Source: Planctomycetota bacterium
GTDB taxonomy: Bacteria > Planctomycetota > UBA1135 > UBA2386
Direction of reading: 5' to 3'
DNA length: 64,000 nucleotides
NCBI GenBank assembly: GCA_965228735.1
Contig: OZ245838.1
Location: forward strand, 3,776,001 to 3,840,000
Made by a program: the position numbers and the translations under genes. Positions 29,667 to 39,480 of this stretch are shown here, piece by piece (position 1 is the stretch's first letter; the number at the start of each line of letters is the position of its first letter). The notes beneath the pieces were generated by a model, which was not told the DNA's origin, did not search any database, and was given only the letters and a program-made list of their open reading frames with translations.

Positions 29667-30848
29667 ATGAAGCGGACGTTGATCGAGGTCTTCTGCGGTC
29701 TGGCAGTCCTGGTGTTGATGGTGTCATTCCATCATCAGATCGCCAGGCTCGAGATGCAGCAGCACGACGTCACGAACCTCGAGCAGAAGCTCGACGAAGT
29801 GGCCGAAGTGGTCGGCGACACGACCCAGATCGACGCCATGCGGCGCCAGATCCTCAACCAGACCGAGGCCCGGATGCGCGAGCTCGAGCAGCAGCTCGCC
29901 CATGCCAACGCGGGTTCTTCCGACCGGAAGCGCCTCGAGTCGGAGCTGAAGCGCGCCAAGAGCGAGGTCGAGATCTTCCGCAGCGAGCTGTCGACCGACT
30001 TCGCGCGCACCAAGGCGCTCGTCGACGCCTACATCAACGAGGTCCGCACCAAAGAGCGCGACGCCGCGCTGCGCCTCGACGAGACGCAGAACGCGATCGC
30101 CACGATCGCGAGCAGCATCCACCGCGACCCGTCGGAGCTGACCAAGGCCATGCTGCTGCCGACCGTGCAGCTCAACGGCGATGACACCGTCGGTTCGGGC
30201 ACGCTGGTCTACTCGGGCAAGAACAGCAAGAGCGGCAAGGTCGAGAGCTACGTGCTCACGAGCCACCACGTCGTGCGCAACATTCTCGCGGACACGCCGC
30301 GGGCGGCGCGCCTCGGCTTCGATGTCACGATCTACCTGCCGGGCGAGCGCCTGATCGTGAAGGGCAAGATGATCGCCAGCAAGCCCAAGATCGACGCCGC
30401 GCTCGTCCAGCTCGAAACCGACAAGGAGCTGCCGTTCGTCGCCGACGTCATCCGGCGCCAGCACACCGCGCACCGCGTCAAGGTGTGGGAGTCCGTCACC
30501 GCGGTCGGCTGCCCGCTCGGCAACGACCCGGTGCCGAGCAGCGGCCAGATCAGCTCGCTGCAGAACGAGCTCAACGGCAGCAACTACTGGATGATCAACG
30601 CGCCGACCTACTTCGGCAACAGCGGCGGCGGCATCTACCTCGCCGGCACGCACCAGCTCATCGGCGTGTTCTCCAAGATCTACACGCACGGCAAGGGCAA
30701 CCCGGTCGTCGTGCCGCACATGGGCCTCTGCACGCCGATGGACCTGGTCTACGAGTGGCTCGACGACGAAGGCCTCGACCACCTGCTCACGAGCCGCGAC
30801 GTGGAGCCGATCGACCTCGGCCCCCTCGCCGCCCCGATGGGCAAGTAG
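29667..30848 (+). CDS. Membrane-anchored trypsin-like (S1) serine protease with coiled-coil stalk
   Basis: N-terminal TM helix, coiled coil, and catalytic triad contexts LTSHHVV / KIDAAL / GNSGGG. No PDZ domain seen. Confidence 0.9.
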   Translation: MKRTLIEVFCGLAVLVLMVSFHHQIARLEMQQHDVTNLEQKLDEVAEVVGDTTQIDAMRRQILNQTEARMRELEQQLAHANAGSSDRKRLESELKRAKSEVEIFRSELSTDFARTKALVDAYINEVRTKERDAALRLDETQNAIATIASSIHRDPSELTKAMLLPTVQLNGDDTVGSGTLVYSGKNSKSGKVESYVLTSHHVVRNILADTPRAARLGFDVTIYLPGERLIVKGKMIASKPKIDAALVQLETDKELPFVADVIRRQHTAHRVKVWESVTAVGCPLGNDPVPSSGQISSLQNELNGSNYWMINAPTYFGNSGGGIYLAGTHQLIGVFSKIYTHGKGNPVVVPHMGLCTPMDLVYEWLDDEGLDHLLTSRDVEPIDLGPLAAPMGK

Positions 30849-30928
30849 CCCGTACGGAACCAGGTACATGTTGCCGGCCTCGCTACCGCGGTAGCGAGGC
30901 CGGCAACATGTACCTGGTTCCGTACGGG
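30849..30928. repeat. 80-bp perfect palindrome (REP-like or bidirectional terminator)
   Basis: The 40-bp arm CCCGTACGGAACCAGGTACATGTTGCCGGCCTCGCTACCG is followed immediately by its exact reverse complement. It lies between convergent genes. Confidence 0.95.
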
Positions 30929-30945
30929 TCACGGTACCGCCACAC

Positions 30946-31422
30946 TCAGTCGGTCGTGCTGCCGCTGAGGGCTTGCCAGCCGCCGCGGGCGACTTCGACG
31001 CCCTGGTCCCAGCCGGCGGCGATGAAGTCGACGGCCGTGTGCGCCCAGGGCCAGTCGAGCACGGAGCCGACGAAGAGCACGAGCGCGACCGGGATCACGA
31101 GCTTGCCGACCGCGGAGGCGATGCGGAAGACGGCGTTGAGCACGTGCAGCGCGATCCACGCGCCCGCGAACGTGACGCCCGCCGCGATCGCGGCCGGCAG
31201 CGGATCCGGGGTCTGGGTGTAGGTCGCGATGCCGGCGAACACGGCCGCGATGCCCGAGATCATGCCGAACGTGCCGAACACGTGGCTCGCCCGCGGCGCT
31301 GGCGGCGGGGCCGGCTGCGGTGCTGGCTGACTCACCGGCGCCGGCTGCGGTGCGGGCACCAGGGCCGGCGCCGGGCTCGGCGGCGGCGGTGGAGCGTGAT
31401 GACCTCTGCGGAAGTAACCCAT
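30946..31422 (-). CDS. Membrane protein with Pro-rich N-terminus
   Basis: PAPQP repeats followed by about 3 TM helices. Alternative start at 31464. Confidence 0.75.
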   Translation of the reverse strand: MGYFRRGHHAPPPPPSPAPALVPAPQPAPVSQPAPQPAPPPAPRASHVFGTFGMISGIAAVFAGIATYTQTPDPLPAAIAAGVTFAGAWIALHVLNAVFRIASAVGKLVIPVALVLFVGSVLDWPWAHTAVDFIAAGWDQGVEVARGGWQALSGSTTD

Positions 31423-31637
31423 GACGGGATTCGGGCGGGCGGGGTTGGAACGGCAAATCGCCATGTGGGCTATACCGAACGACCACGGCCACTATTCGCG
31501 ACGCCCGTGCGGGCGCCTCGAGCATGGCCCCATGATAGCGCAAACCCCTGCCAGGAGATCACCTTCGGACGACGTCGGGGGTTGGCCGACCGTCGGCGGC
31601 GAGCCGTAAGGCGCCGAATACCGACGGCACCGGCGGC

Positions 31638-33659
31638 TCAGGGCCGCTGCTTCAGAGCATGGCCGAGCTTCTGCAGCTCCGGGCTCTCGACGCCGAGCGC
31701 GAGGCACCGATCGTGCCACGCGCGCGCCTCGTCCATGCGACCGAGGTCGCGCAGGCAGCGCAGGCGCGCTTCGTGCAGCTTGGGCAGGCGCGGCCGTTCG
31801 AGCAGCGCCTGGTCGACGAGCTCGAGCGCGCGCTTGCAGTTCTGCCGGCCGGCGAAGAGCTCGGCCATCTCGAACAGCACGTCGGGCTGACCCGGCGAGA
31901 GTTCCAGCGCTTCGGCAAACAGGTCGAGCGCACCTCCCGTGTCGCCGAGCCGCCGGCGCGCGACGCCGCCGAAGAACAGCGCCGGCCAGAACTCGTCCTG
32001 CAGTTCGTACCAGCTCGCGAACTGCTCGAGCGACGGCCGCGGATCACGGCTGCGCACCGCGACGTCGACCGCCTTGGCGAAGTGCTTCTCGAAATCCGTG
32101 ACCGCGAGCTTGAGCAGCGCGCGCACGGCGCGGTCGCGCGACTCGAGATCGAGCGTCGGCGCGCGCAGGCCGCGCGTGAGCTCACGCCGCGCCGCGTCCG
32201 TCGCCCGCGTTGCGGCGAGGCAGAGACCGAGGTTGACCGCGTCCTCACCGGAGAACAGTCCGGTGAGCGTCGCGAGCGCCGCCGCCACGCCTTCGCCGAC
32301 CGGCTCGCCACTGGCCGGCCGCGCCGTGATCGCCGCGGACAGACACTCGAGCAGCGCGCTCTGACCGCGTTCCTGGTCGTTCCATTCCGCGGCGCGCGCG
32401 GTCCGTTCCCGCAGGCGCCAGAGTCCGCGCTCGACGAGACGCCACGCCTCCGCGCGTTCGCCCTCCGCGAAGCTCAGCTGCGCCAGGTGCGAGTAGAAGT
32501 CGGGGTGACCGTCGACCTCGAGGCCGCGCTGCCACAGCGCGCGGGCCCCCGCGATGTCCTGGTTGCGCGCCCGCAGGATGCCGAGGCTCTCGAGCCCGCG
32601 CGGCGACGGCGGGTCGAGCCGTGCCGCGTGCTCGAGCCAGCTTCGCGCGCGGTCCTCGTCCCCCATCGCGGTCAGCTGGTCCGCGACGGCCACGCACGCA
32701 TCACCGTCGGCCGGCTGCGCCGTGTAACACCGATCGAGGAAGCGCCGCACGGCATCGCGCTCGAGCCGTCGGCCGTCGTAGGCAACGGCGGCGGTCGCGG
32801 TCGCGAGCCGCAGCGCGAGACCGAAGTGCGGATCGAGCGCGAGCGCGTCGGCGAACGGGCGCAGCAGCGGTTCGCGATCGGCGGGGACCGCGATATCGAG
32901 GTCGCCGCTGAGCAGCATCGCGTTGTCGAGACCCTGCAGGAACAGGAAGAACGCGGCCGCGGAACGCGTCAGCAGCCCGTGCGGCGGCGTCACGTAGGGC
33001 AGGTCGAGCGCGCGCGCGAGGTGCCGCGTCAGCCGCACGAGCGTCGCCACCGGATCGTCGAACCGCAGCACCGCGCCGATCTTCTCGCTCACGGACCCGG
33101 AATCGCCGAACGCGTCGTCGGACGGGTCGCTGCGGAACACGTGGAATTCGACGCGCAGCCCGCCGTCGACCGGCTCAATCTCGCCGGCGACGACCGCCCG
33201 CACGTCGAGCCCCATCGGCATCAGCGCGAAGACGTCGTCGCGATCCGGCACCTGGTCGAATCGCATCCAGCGCACGGGTCCGTCCTCGACGTCCGTCTGC
33301 AGTTCGAGCATCGCGGTCGGCCCGGGCTCGCCCTGGTTGAGCAGCTGGTGCACGAAGTCCGGCACCCGCCGCGCCGCGAGCCCCGGCCGCAGCAATGCCG
33401 CCGCGTCCTCGCCCGCACCGTTGGCCGTGGCCCCACCGTCCATGTTCCCACCGTCCAGGGCGCCATCATCCAGGGAGCCGCCACCCATGAGGTCCTGACG
33501 CGGCACCGGTTTCGCGCCGTCGTCGCTGGCCGCCCCGTCGCGACTGCCGCGCTGCGGCCCACGACCCGCCCGCCAACGGTCCTCGCCGAGGACCGCGAAC
33601 GGCAGGAACATCACGTCCGGGGCAACGAGCTCGTCACCGGTGCGCGCGCGATCGGTCAT
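31638..33659 (-). CDS. TPR-repeat protein
   Basis: Repeated A..L...AL.L.P helical pairs. Confidence 0.8.
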   Translation of the reverse strand: MTDRARTGDELVAPDVMFLPFAVLGEDRWRAGRGPQRGSRDGAASDDGAKPVPRQDLMGGGSLDDGALDGGNMDGGATANGAGEDAAALLRPGLAARRVPDFVHQLLNQGEPGPTAMLELQTDVEDGPVRWMRFDQVPDRDDVFALMPMGLDVRAVVAGEIEPVDGGLRVEFHVFRSDPSDDAFGDSGSVSEKIGAVLRFDDPVATLVRLTRHLARALDLPYVTPPHGLLTRSAAAFFLFLQGLDNAMLLSGDLDIAVPADREPLLRPFADALALDPHFGLALRLATATAAVAYDGRRLERDAVRRFLDRCYTAQPADGDACVAVADQLTAMGDEDRARSWLEHAARLDPPSPRGLESLGILRARNQDIAGARALWQRGLEVDGHPDFYSHLAQLSFAEGERAEAWRLVERGLWRLRERTARAAEWNDQERGQSALLECLSAAITARPASGEPVGEGVAAALATLTGLFSGEDAVNLGLCLAATRATDAARRELTRGLRAPTLDLESRDRAVRALLKLAVTDFEKHFAKAVDVAVRSRDPRPSLEQFASWYELQDEFWPALFFGGVARRRLGDTGGALDLFAEALELSPGQPDVLFEMAELFAGRQNCKRALELVDQALLERPRLPKLHEARLRCLRDLGRMDEARAWHDRCLALGVESPELQKLGHALKQRP

Positions 33660-33665
33660 GCAGGA

Positions 33666-34061
<396 letters not shown>

Positions 34062-34180
34062 TTAAGACGCTGGAATCCGAAGTCTCAAGTCCTTCCGCGT
34101 GAAGACCCGACGGTTCGCCGCCCACACCGCCGTTGCGGCCAGGCGTTCTGGCCAGATCGTCGGGTTCGTGCGCGCGGACC

Positions 34181-36016
34181 TCAGCGGACCCGCAGCCCGG
34201 ACGGCATCAGGGCATAGATCCGCGTCCGGCCGTCGCCGGCGAACGCATCCTCGAGCAGCCCGAAGAGCTCCGACTGCCGCAGCCACTTGCCGAGCGCGAG
34301 CCGCAGCACGTCCGCATCGGCGCGCCCGGCGATCCGGGCCTCGAACATCGAGCTGAAGAACGCGTCCGCAAAGCTCTTGGGCTTCGGCACGTGCAGCACC
34401 TCGACGTCGCTCTCGAGCCCGGCCTCGTCGCGCACCATCGCGATCGCGGCATCGACTCCGCCGATCGCATCGACGAGCCCGTTCTCGACGGCCTGTTGGC
34501 CGGACCAGACCCGGCCGCCGGCGATCGCGTCGACGCTCTCGGTCGTCATGCCTCGGGAGCGCCCGACGTGCTGCAGGAAGCGGTCGTAGACGTCGTCGAC
34601 GAAGCCCTGGATCTTCGCCCGGGTCGCCTCGTTCCACGGGCGGTCGGGCGCGTCCATGAGCGGGCCGTCATCGAGCGCGACGATGTCGACGCTGAGGCCG
34701 ACGCGCCGCATCAGCGGGCCGGGCTGCATGCGCAGACCGAACACGCCGATCGAACCCGTGATCGTGCCGACCTCGGCGAGGATCGGGCGACCGATCGCCG
34801 TGATCCAGTAGCCACCGGACGCGGCGAGCTCGCCCATCGAGAACACGACCGGCTTCTTCACTGCCAGGCGCGCGATCGCGAGCCGGATCTCCTCGCTCGC
34901 CGTCGCCGAACCACCCGGCGAGTTGATGCGGACGACGACACCCTTCACGAGCTCGTTGGCCGCGAGCTCGTCGAGCTTCTTGGCCGCGACGCCGGAGACC
35001 ATGCTGCCCGGCTGCGGCGAGTTGCCGTCGACGATCTGGCCCGCGAGGTGCATCACGACGATCTGCGGATCCTCGATGTCCTCTTCCTTGTTCGAGCGCA
35101 GCATCGACGACAGCAGACTCATGATGTCGCGGCGTTGCTTCTTCTTCTTCGGGCCGACGTCGACGAACTCGTGGTCGCGACCGGTGCCGGCCGCGGCAGC
35201 GAACGCGCGCTTCGGTCCCGCCCAGGGCACGATGCGATCCACGAAGCCCGCGGCCTTGGCCTCCGCCGGGGAGAACATGCGCTCCTCCTGCGCGGCCCGA
35301 ACGGCGGTCTCGGGGATCAACCGGCCGGTCGCGATGCGACGCAGGATGTCGCTGTTCATCGACGTGAGCATCGCCTGGTAGTGGCGCTTCAGGTGCTCGC
35401 TCATCGACGAGCGCATGTAGGGCTCGACCGCGCCCTTGAACGCGCCGACGCGCGTCACCTCGACGTCGACGCCGAGCAGGTCGAGCGCGTCCTTCATGTG
35501 CATGACGGACATCGCGGGCGAGCGCAGGTCGAGCCCGCCCATGTCCGCCATCATCACCTCGTCACACTGCGCGGCGATCTGATAGGCGCCGATGCTGCAG
35601 TTCTCGAGGTAGCAGACGACGCGCTTGCCGGTCTTCTGCAGCCGCTGCATCGCGCGCTCGACCTCACGCTGCTGCGCGAGGTTGAGACCGACGCCACCCG
35701 ACAGGTCGAGGAGGACCTCCGTCTCGGAGCGGGCGGCGAGGTTGTCGATCGTCTGGATCAGATCGAAGAACGGCTTGGGCTTGGCGCCACCGCCCGTGAG
35801 CAGGCTCGTGGGGTCGAAGCCCACCTCCGGCAGATCGGCGTACGAGCCGGCGATGCGCAGGAACGGCACCTTCTGCGGCGCGGTCTCGACGGCCGCCTCG
35901 GGTGCTGCCGAAGCCGGCTTGCCGTCGAGCCCGGGTTGGGAGGCGTTCTGGGCCGTGGCCGGAGCAGCGAGGAGGGCGAGCGACGACGTCGCGACAGCGG
36001 TGAGGAATATGCGCAT
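34181..36016 (-). CDS. sppA: Signal peptide peptidase SppA (S49, tandem domain)
   Basis: RINSPGGS, SMGELAASGGYWI, TGSIGV and GRVWSG motifs, with a signal peptide. Confidence 0.93.
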   Translation of the reverse strand: MRIFLTAVATSSLALLAAPATAQNASQPGLDGKPASAAPEAAVETAPQKVPFLRIAGSYADLPEVGFDPTSLLTGGGAKPKPFFDLIQTIDNLAARSETEVLLDLSGGVGLNLAQQREVERAMQRLQKTGKRVVCYLENCSIGAYQIAAQCDEVMMADMGGLDLRSPAMSVMHMKDALDLLGVDVEVTRVGAFKGAVEPYMRSSMSEHLKRHYQAMLTSMNSDILRRIATGRLIPETAVRAAQEERMFSPAEAKAAGFVDRIVPWAGPKRAFAAAAGTGRDHEFVDVGPKKKKQRRDIMSLLSSMLRSNKEEDIEDPQIVVMHLAGQIVDGNSPQPGSMVSGVAAKKLDELAANELVKGVVVRINSPGGSATASEEIRLAIARLAVKKPVVFSMGELAASGGYWITAIGRPILAEVGTITGSIGVFGLRMQPGPLMRRVGLSVDIVALDDGPLMDAPDRPWNEATRAKIQGFVDDVYDRFLQHVGRSRGMTTESVDAIAGGRVWSGQQAVENGLVDAIGGVDAAIAMVRDEAGLESDVEVLHVPKPKSFADAFFSSMFEARIAGRADADVLRLALGKWLRQSELFGLLEDAFAGDGRTRIYALMPSGLRVR

Positions 36017-36167
36017 GAGGACCCGTAGGTGGCCGGCCGGCGGCGCGATCTGTCTCGGCTGCCCGAACATCCGTCGCCCGCCCGCAAACCCGGCGCTCAC
36101 CGGCAGATCCGCACCCCGGCCGAGGGCGCCATGCATCCCCGCGCCAGCACCGGGCGAAGGCGTTCGC

Positions 36168-36788
36168 ATGCCCAAGAAGCGCGCGCTCTCGCTCACCGCC
36201 CTCGCCCTCACTCTGCTCGTCGTCGGCGTCGTCCCACTCGGCTGCTCGACCACCTACGACCGCCGCGACCCGACGGGCGAGGTGTTCCCGACCGTGACCG
36301 GGCAGACGCTGGACGGTCGCGCCGTGGAGCTGCCGACGATCGGCGACGGGGCGCCGCTGCTGCTGCTCGTCGGCTACGACCAGGACGCGCAGTTCGACAT
36401 CGACCGCTGGCTCTACGGTCTGACGCAGGCCGAGGTCGCGGTGCGGTTCTTCGAGGTCCCGACGCTGCCGGGCCTGATCCCGGGCCTGCTCGCGAACACG
36501 ATCGACGGCGGCATGCGGCGCGGGATTCCCGAAGAGGACTGGGGACTCGTCGTGACCCTGTACGACGAGGCCGAGCCAGTCGCGCGCTTCACCGGCAACG
36601 CCGACGGACTGACGGGCCGCGTCCTGCTCCTCGATGGGGCCGGTCGCGTCGCGTTCTTCCACGATCGTGGCTACTCCGTCGGGACGCTGCAGCGGCTGCG
36701 CGACGTGCTGGCGACGCTCGAAGGCGCCATGGACCGCGACCCGGGCGCGAAGAAAACTGCCGGGAAGAAAACTGCCGGTTCGAGGTAA
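36168..36788 (+). CDS. Lipoprotein, thioredoxin-like fold without CxxC
   Basis: Lipobox PLGC, FPTVTGQTLDG..V.LP and VLLLDGAG.V. Confidence 0.75.
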   Translation: MPKKRALSLTALALTLLVVGVVPLGCSTTYDRRDPTGEVFPTVTGQTLDGRAVELPTIGDGAPLLLLVGYDQDAQFDIDRWLYGLTQAEVAVRFFEVPTLPGLIPGLLANTIDGGMRRGIPEEDWGLVVTLYDEAEPVARFTGNADGLTGRVLLLDGAGRVAFFHDRGYSVGTLQRLRDVLATLEGAMDRDPGAKKTAGKKTAGSR

Positions 36789-36822
36789 GGCGCGAGGGCG
36801 CCATGTTGTCGGACCGGTCGAG

Positions 36823-37158
36823 ATGACAGCCAAGACCGACACGTTCCTTCACCCCTCCACCGCTTCCTTCGACGCCGACGTCCTGCAGAGCGACGTGCCC
36901 GTGCTGGTCGACTTCTACGCCGACTGGTGCGGCCCCTGCCAGGTGCTGAAGCCCAGCGTCGAGGCGCTCGCCGAGTCGCTGCAGGGCCGCGCGCGCATCG
37001 CGTTCGTCGACGTCGATCAGCAGCCCGAGCTCGCGGCGCGTTTCGGGATCCAGTCGATCCCGGCCCTGCGGGTGTTCGAGAACGGCGAGCTCCAGGCCAC
37101 CGCGAACGGCGCGCTGCGACCGGCCGAGCTCGCCGAGTTCGTCGATCAGAACGTCTGA
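36823..37158 (+). CDS. trxA: Thioredoxin
   Basis: VLVDFYADWCGPC and IQSIP motifs. Confidence 0.92.
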   Translation: MTAKTDTFLHPSTASFDADVLQSDVPVLVDFYADWCGPCQVLKPSVEALAESLQGRARIAFVDVDQQPELAARFGIQSIPALRVFENGELQATANGALRPAELAEFVDQNV

Positions 37159-37280
37159 TCCGACGGCCGACCGCCATGGGAACCCGGCGCCCGGACCCGT
37201 CGTATCGCACGGGACGACCACGAGCCGGGTCCGAACGAACGGGCACCCCGATCGCCAGACCGCCAGGCCACGAAACCAAC

Positions 37281-37898
37281 ATGACCGCCGAACGCACGGA
37301 CGACGACTGGCTGACCGCGCTGCGCGCGCGGGACGAGAGCGCGTTGCGCGATCTCGAGCAGCTGCTGCGTCGCGGCCTGCGCCGCGCGCTCGCGCGGCGG
37401 GGCAAGGTGCGCGAAGAGGATGTCGAGGACTTCGCGCAGGACGCGATCCTGCGCGTGCTCGACAACCTCGAATCGTTCGCCGGGCGCAGCAGGTTCACGA
37501 CGTGGGCGCACGGCATCGCGGTGAACGTCGCGCTGACCGAGCTGCGCCGGCGCCGCTGGCGCGACGTCTCGCTCGATGCCGGTGATGGCGGCGATGACCG
37601 CAAGGCGGATCCCGTCGCCACGGTGACCGACCCCGGCGACTCGGTGGCGCTGACGGAGATCCTCGACATCCTGCGCGACGCGCTGCGCGACGATCTCACC
37701 GATCGGCAACGCACCGCGATCACGATGCTGCTCGAGGGCGCGCCGTTCGTCGCGATCGCCGATCGCCTCGGGATGAACCTCAACGCGCTCTACAAACTCG
37801 CGCACGACGCGCGCCTCCGCATTAAACACACGTTCGCCTCCGCGGGCTTCGAAGACCGCGATATCACCAGCCGCCTCGCCGCGGCCCGAGCGTCATGA
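37281..37898 (+). CDS. ECF sigma-70 factor
   Basis: VEDFAQDA, F.GRSRFTTWA..IAVN and NALYKLAHDAR motifs. Confidence 0.9.
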   Translation: MTAERTDDDWLTALRARDESALRDLEQLLRRGLRRALARRGKVREEDVEDFAQDAILRVLDNLESFAGRSRFTTWAHGIAVNVALTELRRRRWRDVSLDAGDGGDDRKADPVATVTDPGDSVALTEILDILRDALRDDLTDRQRTAITMLLEGAPFVAIADRLGMNLNALYKLAHDARLRIKHTFASAGFEDRDITSRLAAARAS

Positions 37899-38212
37899 CC
37901 GAAGACCGAGAACTCCACCGTAAGCTCGAGCTGCTGGCGCAGGTGCTGACCAACACCAGCCCGGACGAGCCGCTCTGCAACGACATCGTCGCCGAGCTCT
38001 GCGCGTATCACGACGCGGTGCGGAGCGGCGCCGAGCTCACGCCCGAGCAACGGCGGCTGCAGCTGCACCTCGGCCGCTGCACCGACTGCACCGAGGCACT
38101 CGACATGCTGCGCGATGCGTGCGAAGCGTGTGACGAGCCGGATGAGGACGAGCGCGACGACGACGAGCCCGGCGAGGACGAGCGCAACGAGGACGAGAGG
38201 ACCGATCGATGA
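37895..38212 (+). CDS. Soluble zinc-binding anti-sigma factor
   Basis: HLGRCTDC (HxxxCxxC) plus an upstream Cys. No TM helix, acidic tail, overlaps the sigma stop. Confidence 0.8.
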   Translation: MTEDRELHRKLELLAQVLTNTSPDEPLCNDIVAELCAYHDAVRSGAELTPEQRRLQLHLGRCTDCTEALDMLRDACEACDEPDEDERDDDEPGEDERNEDERTDR

Positions 38213-38814
38213 CCCGACCCGTCAGCGACATCGCGTTCACGGCGGCCGTGAAGGCCGCACAGGAACGCCTCGGTTCGCGCCGCGGCTACGCGAGCATGGA
38301 GCGGCGCGGCGGCTGGAGCGCCACGATCACGCCCGACCTCGCGGCGTTCGTCGCGGAGCGCGACTCGTTCTACCTCGCGACGGCGACGAAGGACGGCCAG
38401 CCCTACATCCAGCACCGCGGCGGCCCCGCGGGGTTCCTGAAGGTGCTGGACGACAAGCGGCTCGCGTTCGCCGACTTCAGCGGCAACCAGCAGTTCATCT
38501 CGATGGGCAACCTCAGCGAGAACGACCGCGCGTTCCTCTTCCTCATGGACTACGCCAATCGGCAACGCATCAAGATCTGGGGCCGCGCCGAATTCGTCGA
38601 GGACGACCCCGAGCTGCTCGCGCAGGTCACCGACCCCGACTACGCCGGCAAACCACAGCGGGTTCTCGTCTTTCACGTCGAGGCGTGGGACGTGAACTGC
38701 CCGCAGCACATCACCCAGCGCTTCACGCACCAGGACATCGCGGCGCGCGAACGGAAGTTGCGCGATCGCATCGCCGAGCTCGAGGCCGAGAACGCCGAGC
38801 TGCGCGCCGGCTGA
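38209..38814 (+). CDS. Pyridoxamine 5'-phosphate oxidase-like FMN-binding protein
   Basis: PYIQHRGGPAGFL, DFSGN.Q and NCPQHI motifs. Confidence 0.9.
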   Translation: MTRPVSDIAFTAAVKAAQERLGSRRGYASMERRGGWSATITPDLAAFVAERDSFYLATATKDGQPYIQHRGGPAGFLKVLDDKRLAFADFSGNQQFISMGNLSENDRAFLFLMDYANRQRIKIWGRAEFVEDDPELLAQVTDPDYAGKPQRVLVFHVEAWDVNCPQHITQRFTHQDIAARERKLRDRIAELEAENAELRAG

Positions 38815-38844
38815 TCAGCGGGCGCGGCCGTTGGATGGCGGGAC

Positions 38845-39384
38845 GTGCCCGTTAGGCTATGCCGCGTGGACACCCCCCCGCCATTGCCGTCGCCTGCCGC
38901 CGCGAACGTCCGCATGCCCGGCGTCATCAAGGGCGCACTCGCACTGCAGGTCGCCGGCATCGTCGTGTCGATCGTCAGCACGGTCATGCTGTTGCTCGAC
39001 CCCGAACAGATCGAGGCGATCCTGGAGTCGGATCCCGACGCACCCGAGTTCGTCCGCACCGCGGCGATGATCGGCGGAGTCATCGGCGGCATGATCGCGA
39101 TCGGGCTCAACGGCCTCGCGTTGTTCGGCACCTGGCGCGGAATCCACGTGATCCGCATCCTGTGGACCGTCCTGGCAGGCATCGGACTCCTCATGGTGCC
39201 GATCGGCCTGTTCGCCGACGAACTGCTGCCGCCGGACGAGAACATGCCGCCGATGCCCGACATGACGGCCGACCCGCTGGCCATCGCGCAGATGGCGATC
39301 AACACGCTCGCGATCGTGCTCATCTGGCTGCCGCCGGCCAAGCCGTGGTTTGCCGAGAACCGCCGGCGTGGGCCGGGGCTCTGA
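38845..39384 (+). CDS. Hypothetical 4-TM membrane protein
   Basis: Four hydrophobic segments and a C-terminal P.AK.WF. The start is uncertain. Confidence 0.7.
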   Translation: MPVRLCRVDTPPPLPSPAAANVRMPGVIKGALALQVAGIVVSIVSTVMLLLDPEQIEAILESDPDAPEFVRTAAMIGGVIGGMIAIGLNGLALFGTWRGIHVIRILWTVLAGIGLLMVPIGLFADELLPPDENMPPMPDMTADPLAIAQMAINTLAIVLIWLPPAKPWFAENRRRGPGL

Positions 39385-39480
39385 GCACGGTTGCTCGTGG
39401 AGCGAGCGAACGTGCTCGGTTCGGAGGCCTGAGTCGTTCGCCTATGGCCGACACCGCGCGGCCGCGGCTACCGTTCGGGC

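Noticed and set aside
36748..36778. 15-bp direct repeat encoding KKTAG twice
   Set aside because: A trivial low-complexity tail duplication.
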